This document shows positions 54,295 to 64,000 of a stretch of DNA of 64,000 nt, piece after piece. Source of the stretch: Mustelus asterias (Eukaryota); the NCBI RefSeq assembly GCF_964213995.1, contig NW_027590275.1, positions 310,001 through 374,000 of the forward strand, given 5' to 3'. The position numbers and the translations under genes are program-made. Every line of letters starts with the position of its first letter. The first letter of the stretch is position 1. The notes under the pieces are model-generated. The model saw nothing but the letters and a program-made list of their open reading frames with translations. It had not been told where the DNA came from and did not search any database.

Positions 54295-54628
54295 TCGGCC
54301 TTTTGGCTAAGATCAAGTGTAGTATGGTCGGCAGCCCATGGTCGGCCGCACTTGGTCGAGGTCATTAGGTTACACTGAAGCTTCATATGTTTCATATGAA
54401 GCAATTTTTAAAAGCGGCATCTCGGCCTTTTGGCTAAGATGCAAATGAGCTCAAGTCTTGGCGGAGGAACCTCCCCCTCCTCCAATCAGCTTGGCTCATG
54501 TAGATCAGGCCCAGGACAGGGTGGTTTGGTCGCTCGCCCTGTCTTGTCAGCCTGGATCTGAAATGTCTCAACTTGTTGAGACTCTGAATTGGATTTGATT
54601 TGATTGAATTGGAAAAGTATAAAAAAAA
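54295..54628 (+). mobile_element. U2 snRNA-headed short retroposon
   Basis: U2 nt 9-39 at 54295-54325, second U2 motif 54420-54440, A8 tail, TSD AACTATT at 54289-54295 and 54627-54633. Confidence 0.8.
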
Positions 54629-56792
54629 CTATTAGAGTGCTGGGGGGATGACATTGAGGGATCAAACAGAATCTATTTGGTACCAGTTATGGAACAATGC
54701 GAGAGCGATTCCACAACAGGATACACACATTCTATTTCAAACTGCTTGTCTGTCAGCCATGTCTGAGTGGGTTTCATGCTGTGTCGATTTGTATCTGATA
54801 TTTCTATGTTGCTTCGATCTCTGTCAGTGGTCGGTGATGTTAAGATTTAATTCAGAAAATGCAATCTCTGATATATGTCCGTGTGTTTTATTTTCTCTAT
54901 AACATTCAGTATTTAAGAGAGTGTGGGCTTTACAGTATGTTGGATCTGGGATGTTATTCTCTATTTCATTTGGCACCTGTTGGTTTCTGAAATGGAAAAT
55001 CTTGCGATTTTTTTCTAGCTGCGCTTCTCAGTTTTGGATTTGTTTGTGTTATTTCACTGCACACTTTAATTTCTGCCATGTGAGTAAGTTTTTAATCTAT
55101 GCATAACAGTCTTTGGTATAAGTGTGTTGGTATTTTCCCAAACATGCTGTTCTATTATTTGGAGTGTGTCTCTACCACTAATTCTCAAGGTCGCAGTTAT
55201 GTGTGATGTTACAGTTCCCATTGAGGTTGATATTGCCCAGTGACCATCTGAAAGGGTCACATGACAAAGGTTCACAACTTGTACTGTAACAAATTAAAGT
55301 CAACACTAACCAACGAATCAACATTTGCCCCTTAGCGTCATGGGATTGAAGGATAAATACATAGGGTTCCGGGGAAAGGGCCTGGGTGGGACTGTGGTCA
55401 GTGCAGGCTCGATGGGCCGAATGGCCTCCTTCTGTACTGTATGGATTCTATGAAACGTCACTTAGTCGCTAATGCACTAAATAGAGATGAGACACCATCC
55501 TGCCTACCGTGACTATTAACTTATGCATGTTCTTTATTCAACATCTAGTACACTCTGCTAGCGATGTGTGGATTGTTTATAAGTTCCTGAAACATAAATA
55601 TGGATTTCAGTCTGTGCCAGTCATTTTCTGCTTTATTACAACGGGCTTTATTCTGTCCCTCTCTGTTTCTGGCCTGGAAGGATTTCAAGTAGGTCCTGCT
55701 GTCGGTGTGTGGTAGGTCTGCGTGTCTTTACGCAGAATCTGTTAATTGTTGCAATGTGAGTATTATTTTTCCTGTCAGTGTGAGGAAGATGTGGGTTGTA
55801 CTCTGTAGCTGCTGTATTTTATGAGTAGCAGTGTTTTATGCTGTTCTTGTCAATTTGCTGATTGCAAATACAGTATTCTGTTTCCTACCTCTAGTTTCTT
55901 TGCTTCTATGTTAGGTGACAACAAATCCAGGAAACATGACCTGAGGTGAGGAGAAAGGGGAGGAGAAATTTCTTCACCCAGATCTTGGTCAATCTGTGGA
56001 GTAAATTTGAGATAGCTCTTTGGACTCAAGGGATCAAGGGATATGGGGGGAAGGCGGGAACAGGATATTGATCTTGATGATCAGCCACAATCAAAACGAA
56101 TGTTGGAGCAGGCTCCAAGGGCCAAATGACCTATTCTTGCTTGTATCTTCTATGTTTCTATTTTTAACAGTTCCTGATGGTCTGATGAAAGTGAAATCAG
56201 GTTCAGCAAACCTGTTGGAGATCTGAGGATGCAACTAACTGAATAGATCAGGAGTAACCAGCTGTTGTGGTATATTTACATTTTCAGAAATCCTTTGATA
56301 AGTTTCCACACAAGAGGTTAATAAACACAATCAGAACACATGGTGAATACTGCCCTGGATTGAGAACTGGTTAAAGGACAGAAAACAGAGGATAGATATA
56401 AATAGGTCATATCAAGTTAGCAGACAATGACAAGTAGGGTACAACAAGGATCAGTGCTTGGGCCCCAACATTCACAATCTATATCAATCTTTGGAGAATG
56501 CACAAAATAAGCTGGAAGTGTGAGTTGTGAAGAGGAGGCAAAAACTCCTCAAGGGGATTTGAAGTGGCTAAGAGAGTGGGCAACAATTTTGCAGATGGAA
56601 TGCAATGTGCAGAGTATTCCTGAAATGATGAGGGGCTTGAAAGTGTTGAAATTCAAAAGCACTTGACTGTTCCTGTTCATGAGTCACAGAAAACTAATCT
56701 GCAGCTAGAACAAGCAATTAAGAAGGAAAATGGAATGTAAGCCTTTATTGCAAGATGTTTTGAATACGGGGTAAAGATGTTTTACTGCACTA

Positions 56793-57808
56793 AGAACAAA
56801 GAACAAAGAAAATTACAGCACAGGAACAGGCCCTTCGGCCCTCCAAGCCTGCACCAGCCATGCTGCCCGACTTAACTAAAACCCCCTACGCTTCCGGGGA
56901 CCATATCCCTCGATTCCCATCTCATTCATGTACTTGTCAAAACGCCCTTCAAAAGTCACTACCGTATCTGCTTCCACTATCTCCCCCGGCAACGAGTTCC
57001 AGGCACCCACCACTCTCTGTGTATAAAATATGCCTCGTATATCTCTTAAAACTTGCCCCTCGCACCATAAACCTATGCCCCCTAGTAATTGACTCTTCCA
57101 CCCTTGGAAAAAGCTTCTGACTATCCACTCTGTCCATGCCTCTCATAATCTTGTAGACTTCTATCAGGTCTACCCTCAACCTTCGTCGCTCCAGTGAGAA
57201 CAAACCAAGTTTCTCCAACCTCTCCTCATAGCTAATGCCCTCCATTCCGGGCAACATCCGGGTAAATCTTTTCTGTGCCCTCTCCAAAGCCTCCACATCC
57301 TTCTGGTAGTGTGGCGACCAGAATTGAACACTATATTCCAAGTGTGGCCTCACTAAGGTTCTATAAAGCGTCAGCATGACTTGTCAATTTTTAAACTCAA
57401 TACCCCGGCCGATGAAGGCAGGCATGCCGTATGCCTTCTTGACTACTTTCTCCACCTACATTGCCACTTTCAGTGACCTGTTTACCTGTACACCCAGATC
57501 CCTTTGCCTATCAATACTCCTAAGGGTTCTGCCATTTACAGTATATTTCCTATCTGTATTAGACCTTCCAAAATGCATTACCTCACATTTGTCCGGATTA
57601 AACACCATCTGCCATCTCTCTGCCCAAGTCTCCATCTGATGGTCCTCATCGCTATCCGCAAATCCACCAACCTTTGTGGCATCCGCAAACTTACTAATCA
57701 ATCCAGTTACATTTTCCTCCAACTCATTTATATATATTACAAGCAGCAAAGGTCCCAGCACTGATCCCTAAGGAACACCACTTGTCACAGCCCTCCATTC
57801 AGAAATGC
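56793..57808 (-). mobile_element. 5'-truncated CR1 inserted in an older plus-strand CR1
   Basis: ISKFAD, RPHLEYSVQFWSPH; (TTCTTTG)n tail at 56793. Confidence 0.9.
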
Positions 57809-58136
57809 AGAGTATTCCATAATTATATAGTCTTGCTGAGACAGCAGCTAGACTATTGTGTGCAGTATTGTTCTCCTTACCAAAAGAAAGATATGATTGC
57901 CATAAAGGGAGTGGAATGAAGGTTTACGAAATGAATTTCTTGGTTGGAGGGATTGTTGGATGAGTAAAAACGAGAAACACCAGGTGTTTATTTTCTGGCA
58001 TTTAAAAGAATGAGAGTTGCTGACATTCAAGCATACAACAATCTTACAGGGCTCAATAGGGTAGAAGCAGGAAGTATGCTTTCCCTGGCTGGTGTGTTTG
58101 GAACCAAAGGATACAGCTCATTTAGGACTGAGATGT

Positions 58137-58474
58137 AGAAATCATAGAAACCCTACAGTGCAGAAGGAGGCCATTTGGCCCATCGAGTCTGCACCGACCA
58201 CAATCCCACCCAGGCCCTACCCCCACATATTTACCCGCTAATCCCTCTAACCTATGCATCCCAAGACTCTAAGGGGCAATTTTTAACCTGGCCAATCAAC
58301 CTAACCCGCACATCTTTGGACTGTGGGAGGAAACCGGAGCACCCGGAGGAAACCCACGCAGACACGAGGAGAATGTGCAAACTCCACACAGACAGTGACC
58401 CGAGCCGGGAATCGAACCCGGGACCCTGGAGCTGTGAAGCAGCAGTGCTAACCACTGTGCTACCGTGCCGCCCC
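58137..58474 (-). mobile_element. Full-length young HE1-type V-SINE
   Basis: Reverse complement of 53366-53703. Confidence 0.95.
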
Positions 58475-58846
58475 TAATGTGGTGGAATTATTTCCCTGAG
58501 TGGGTGATTCTTTGGAATTATCAGTCCAATGGGCTGTGGAGTCTTACTTGTTGATTAAGTTCATGAGTGAGATGGATAAATTTCTACGTATTAGTAACAT
58601 CAAGGGATATGGCGATACAGCAGGGAAATGGTGTTGAAGTGGAAAATCAGCCATGACCTCATTGTGTGACAATATGGGCTCAAAGAGCTGAATGGCCTAC
58701 TCTTCCTCACAATTTACATCTTTAATTATGTTTCAGCATGGTCATCATTTTGTGACTGTAATTAATGAGAAATGACTCCAAGGTTCTTTTCGTATCCTGT
58801 CACAATGTGACTGTGGCTTTAAATATAGAGCTCGCAGCGCCAAATT

Positions 58847-59479
58847 TGCCGTGGTTCCCCGTGGACGGCAAGAAGAATTCATCAATCAGAATAGAGAGTC
58901 TGAGTCTTGATCTTCCAGGCAGCAAGGCTTTATTAGCTAGTACATTTCAATAAAGCCGGGATTCCCAGATGAAATCCAAAAAACCAGTGCTCTCACAGTC
59001 CTTTTTATCCACATTTAGCTTCATATTTCATCATTCTTATCTTACAGTCAAGGTTTTTTTGTTGCAGACCCCAAGGCCACTTTTCGTTAGCCACCATGAT
59101 TTACTAGACCTACGTTATCTGCCTTCTTTCTGTTTTTTCACGAATGAATGTGCTATGATATCACTGTGGTTACATCCTGCCTTCTTATCTGAAGTTTATT
59201 GTCTAATCAGCCAAGGTTGTTGCTTGTTCAACCATTGTAGGGCATCCTGCTATGCCAAGTCTTTTTTCCCGTTGTCTGACTTTCTCACGTTTATTTAAGA
59301 AATTACTTTCAGCTTCTATGTTCATTTATGCGAGTATCCATGTGTATGCTTAATAAGATATGTGATATATATGAGAACTTCTTAAGTAGTGATTATCTCT
59401 TCTATGTTAATTATTATCTCCTACTTGTCCTAATAATTATTCCTTCCAATATATGTTGTCTTAATGATTATTCCTTACA
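58847..59479 (-). mobile_element. ERV 3' LTR (~633 bp)
   Basis: PPT AAAGAGGGGATA then TGTAAGG...CA; TATA-like GATAAAAAG near 59005; AATAAA near 58930. Partner LTR is outside the window. Confidence 0.65.
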
Positions 59480-59805
59480 TATCCCCTCTTTGAGACATCA
59501 TTGTCTCACTAAACTATTTCTTGATATATTTTCCCAATATATGTCTTAGTTATGTTTGGTTTCACGAAATGTGGAGGAGCTTAAGTGTAGGATCAATATC
59601 CCTTTTTGTTTATTAATAGCCTAATTGCGAACTGCTCCTCCAGATTTCCTTTACCTGATAGTTCATTAAAATACATTTTTGCATTAATACATTTCATACA
59701 CTTTGTACTAACACATCTCTCCCTCCTTGATTTTGCTTGATCATTTAAGTATTTCCCTCTATGCGTATGGTATCTAGGGTCATATTATCTCCTCTTATTT
59801 TCAAA

Positions 59806-61092
59806 CTATTGATAATGGTACATGCTGTCCATTGCCCTGTTAATTACACATCGACATAAGCATCCTGCTTACGCTATCTCTACTATTATAAGCAGCAGTA
59901 ACATAAATGATTTAAAAATCCAATCAAACATCCCATTTCCCACCCATCCTAACCATCCAGGTGGGTTATAATCATGGAATTCGTGACCTATCTTTTGGAG
60001 TTGGTCTGCTTGTGCCTTGATATGCTTTGCAAGGTTAGTTATATTCTCAGATTTATCTGGTATGTAAGTACAGCATTCTTGTTAAATTATGGCACATGTT
60101 CCTCCCTGCGAGGCCAATAGATAGTCCAAAGCCAGTCTATTTTGCAGGGCTACTGTGCGGACTGCCATCAGTTCTGCTGATACTTCTGTCAAGGCTTGCC
60201 CTGTTTATCGAGCTTCAGCTGCAGTGATATTAGCCAGTTGTTCCAGGGCTGTGGCCATCAGAATTAACTCGTTTGCCGTTCTTCCTGTCCCATGTAATGG
60301 AAAGGCCATCATAAAGAACCAGTCAATCTTACTGATTGTTCGTTTTGCTCGCGAAGGGTAGCTTCGTAGGGAAGGCATGTGGTGCATATAGGGCACTACA
60401 TATCCCAGATAACAGGAGCCTGTCCAGTTCGCAGGAAGCCAGGGATATGCCTTTGTACCGCATATAAAGTAAGTTCCATTGTAGGCCGTAAAGTTATCAG
60501 CCAACGTCATCTAAGGTTGTACAGCTTTTCCTTCCCACACGTTGCTTGATGTGATGTTGCATATTTCAGTCCAGTCTATTTTGAACATACCAGCTGTACT
60601 TAAATCTTTCACAGGTGGTTGCCATTCTACAGTTTGCTGACATTTACTTTCTCCAACTCTTGCTCCATCCACATTTTTCTTTAAACAGAAGGATCCTGGT
60701 CCATTTGATTTTAGGACCGTCGGTACAGGTGGGAACTGGGAATGGTTGTAAGTTGGTTGGTACCATGTAGCAAACCTGGTCATTCTATACCCAGCTGACT
60801 CCCACATTGTCATGTTTCCTCCTTCCCCTGTCTTATTTTGTCTCAATATCCATTCTATAGTTTCTGAAATCTGAAAGGGGAGAGACTGGAGTGGTAGGCC
60901 TTCTTGGGAATGGCTTGGGACATGAGTGCAGACCCAACATTTGCTTATGTTCAATCTTTCTGCATACATATATGACATATATAGGTAAGTATTTATATGC
61001 GATCTGTCTTCTTCCTGTTCATTTTTACTCTTGCCACCCCCCATACTAAGTACTAGTATTATCCCCATCCATCCTACCCCTACTTTTCCCAT
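59806..61092 (-). pseudogene. env: ERV env (gamma-type), single frame with four premature stops
   Basis: Signal peptide, CWVC, furin RAKR, ISD LQNRLALDYLLASQGGTCAII*QECC, TM region. Confidence 0.9.
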
Positions 61093-61405
61093 GCTATCAC
61101 AAGGAGGGAGAGTACAATTTATCACAGTTTACACAATTCTTTTCCCGCGCTTAGTCGCCGCTACTACTATTTAGTTTATACAGTCTTTCAGCTTCAATTT
61201 CAGTGATTTCTCTTGTTTTGTCAGTTCAGTTGATAGCTCAGTTTCCTGGGTCGAATTCGATGAACCATGAACTTGAGCGGTAGAGTTTGTGTCAACAGTC
61301 CTTGTTCCTGAGGAAGGAACATACTGATCACTGGTATACAAATCAAATTTCCATCTTCTTTTAACGCATTGAAACAGATCTTCCCCTCTTTTGCAGTCTT
61401 TAGTG

Positions 61406-61698
61406 CTACATTGCAAAACAAGGAGCGTCAGTCTCAATCAAAGTTATCATGAGTCTATTCGGTGGGGGTAATTCAACTTGACCCCATTCCTGGACTTCTT
61501 GTTCGGGGATTTGTTCATTCTCCATTCGCACTACCATTTGTCGCATCATTAGTCTGGTAATAAAAGATCTCAAAGCAGGCAGTAAACAACAAAAGATTAG
61601 TCCAATTATGATTATTACTACTACCATTATAACCCCGCCTTTGCAAACCATGCTCCCCATTGTCCGAATACATTATCAAGCCAATTCCAAATATTATG
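61406..61698 (-). pseudogene. env: C-terminal remnant of another env (MPER, TM, cytoplasmic tail)
   Basis: NIWNWLDNVFGQWGAWFAKAG, frameshift, then VIMVVVIIIIGLIFCCLLPALRSFITRLM. Confidence 0.75.
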
Positions 61699-64000
61699 GC
61701 CAATTCTTTTGGGCCCATCATAGCTTGTATTAAGGCTTTTATTTGACTTTCATGCTGTATTGGTCCCCCACTACTTTTCATAAAGCCTCTCTGTTTCCAG
61801 ATTGATCCAAACAGATGACACACTCCATGTGCATAAGCCGAATCTGTATACACTTCTACTGCCTCCCCTTTTGCTAATTCACATGCTCTGGTTAGTGCCT
61901 TAAGTTCTGCTAGTTGGGCCGAACAGGGCTGTTCACATTTTTCTGCTTCTATAACTTCAAGTCCTCCTGGTCTTTGTTCAACTATGGCATAGCCTGCGTG
62001 GTTTCCCAAGTGATCCCTGTAGCATGAGCCATCTACATACAGTGTCCTCTTCTCTTCTGTCACTAGTCCCTCTGCTCTTAAGTCTTCTCTCAGTTTCATA
62101 AATGTTTTTGCTTCTCTTAAGCATTCATGTTCTTTTCCTTCATGAGGTAATGGCATGTAATCAGCTGGATTTACTCTGTTGCACTTTATTATCGTGATAT
62201 CTGGGAATGTGGTTAGCATTCGATAATGATGGATCCTAGCAGGTGTCAGCACAAATTTTCCTTGCTCAATCAATTCAGCTACTTTGTGGTGTACATGTAT
62301 GTTTATTAAATATCCCATTGTGATGGTAGCTGCTTTTTCGTAAGCCCACCAAGCAGCTGCCAAATCCTGATAACATGGAGGGTACCCCAGGGCCACATCA
62401 TCTAACTTGGTGCTATAATAAGCTATTGCTTGTTTCTTTCTTCCTTTACAGCTGTCCTGCATTAACACAGCAGTTGCGAATCCTGTTTCCCTGTTGCTAA
62501 CAAAAAGGTCAAAGGGTTTATCATACGAAGGCAGCATCAGTGCTGGTGCTTGCACCATCTCTTGTTTCACGTTATCAAATGCTTCTGAGGCCTCCCTGTC
62601 CCATATCAAGATCGCTTTTAACTCCTCACATCCGGCCTCTTTCATTATTTTCCTTAACGCTTGTGTTTTTTCTGCATAGTTTTCTATCCATTCTGAACTA
62701 AATCCTGTCATTCCTAAGAATGTCATCATCTGTCTCACTGTCTGTGGTTTTGGGATTTTCAATACTGCTTCTATCTGCTGGTGAGCTATTCTTTTTTGTC
62801 CAACAGTTATTTCCCTTCCAAGGTATTCTACTTTTCTTTGACAGAACTGTAATTTATTTCTTGACACTTTATGTCCTCCTTTCGCCAGCTTTCCCAGCAG
62901 TTTTAAACTTTCTTCCCGACACTGTTCCTTTGTTTCTGTACACAACAACAAGTCATCCACATATTGTATCAGTGTTCCTTCTAGTTGTATCCCTGCCAAA
63001 TCTGCTCTCAACACTTGGTTGAATACATGTGGGGAGTGTTTGAATCCTTGTGGCATTCTATTGTACTTTCCCTTGTACTTGAAAGCAAATAAGTACTGAC
63101 TCGCTTGTGCCAAGGGCACACTGAAAAATGCTGAGCATAAGTCTATTACTGTAAGCCATCTGCTTTCAGACGGTATGTTAGTCAATAAGGTGTAGGGGTT
63201 AGGGACTTCTACTGGCATATTTTCAACTACTTCATTAACTGCTCTCAGGTCGTGTACTAACCTCCACTTTTCCCCATCTGCCTTTTTAACTGGTAATAAG
63301 GGTGTGTTACATTTACTTCGGGTTTCTTTTAACACCCCTGCGTCTACTAATCCTCTGATTGTTTCTCTTATGCCTTTTACTGCTTCTGCCTTGATTGGAT
63401 ATTGTGGTTTATAAGGTCCTTGACATCCTGGCTTCAATTTTACTTCGACTGGGGTAGCTGTTTTAACTTTGCCTACATCTGTGTCGTTCATTGACCACAA
63501 TTCCTCAGGGAGAGAATCTAAATCTTTTTCTAACTTTGCTCTCCATTCTTGCTCTACTTCTTTATCTTTTAACTCTATTTTTACCTCTTTTGGTCTTCCA
63601 GTCATCCTTGCATTAACAGATATTTTCATCATTTGTCCGTCAGTCGACATCCAAATATTCTCATTGTTTGCTTTAATAAATTCCAGTTCCTGTGCCCTAA
63701 ACGTCATAAGTCCCAAATCCTTTGGTCTGTAATCAGGATTCACCTTTAGCGTAACATGTGGTTCTGTCTCAGGCACTGAGAACCATTTTCTGACCCATTC
63801 ATTCTTTCTAATTGTGAAGGCTGTTCCCTCTGGTCCGATTAAAATGCTGTCTGAATTTATTTCCTGTTCTTGTCCTGCCTCTTTATTCCACTTCTCCTGT
63901 ATCTCTGACTGTTGTATTTTATCAAAAATCATTGTGCTATGTAGTTCAGTTTTTGGCCATTCGGCGTCTGGAATCTGTGCCTCTACAAATGTCCCCCAAA
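61690..64000 (-). CDS. pol: ERV pol (2H-like domain, RT, RNase H); integrase deleted; epsilon-like
   Basis: WRLVHDLRAVN, IDLCSAFF, MPQGF, YVDDLL, YVDGS...AQLAEL...YTDSAY; frame open to window end. Confidence 0.93.

Noticed and set aside
54295-54440. Functional U2 snRNA gene
   Set aside because: Only nt 9-39 and 7-27 are present; the U2 3' domain and recognisable snRNA gene flanks are missing.
53366-58474. Inverted near-identical 338-bp repeats as transposon TIRs
   Set aside because: Two independent young SINE insertions, each with its own head and tail.
61171-61437. ERV accessory ORFs between the two env regions
   Set aside because: Short, non-ATG starts and no recognisable motif; cannot be supported without family alignment.

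Overview
Eukaryotic, repeat-rich vertebrate DNA. The HE1/V-SINE, CR1, Rex1/Babar and Penelope families point to an elasmobranch (shark). It is a replication-dependent histone locus with eight intronless ORFs, each followed by a 3' stem-loop: H2B-H2A (1.9-3.8 kb, +), H2A(+)/H3/H4/H1(-) (14.3-19.1 kb) and an inverted paralogous H2A-H2B pair (51.1-53.2 kb). The two ends of the window (about 0.6-8.3 kb and 43.6-58.8 kb) are an old inverted segmental duplication with patchy identity. tRNA genes or relics (Leu-TAA x2, Gly-TCC, iMet) are interspersed. The right end is a defective epsilon-like endogenous retrovirus. Most notable: (1) a ~335-bp poly(A)/TSD-bounded retroposon with a U2 snRNA head and a hairpin-rich body that base-pairs with that head; (2) an ERV with remnants of two env genes, a 2H-phosphoesterase domain and a PBS-like motif after its 3' LTR; (3) a SINE fused to a 113-bp copy of nearby DNA inserted in an H2B TATA box; (4) a size series of fold-back Penelope insertions; (5) an orphan H2B 3'-processing signal and gene-less CCAAT modules. 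Everything was read by eye: repeat boundaries are approximate, identities are estimates, and family names and reference sequences are recalled rather than searched.
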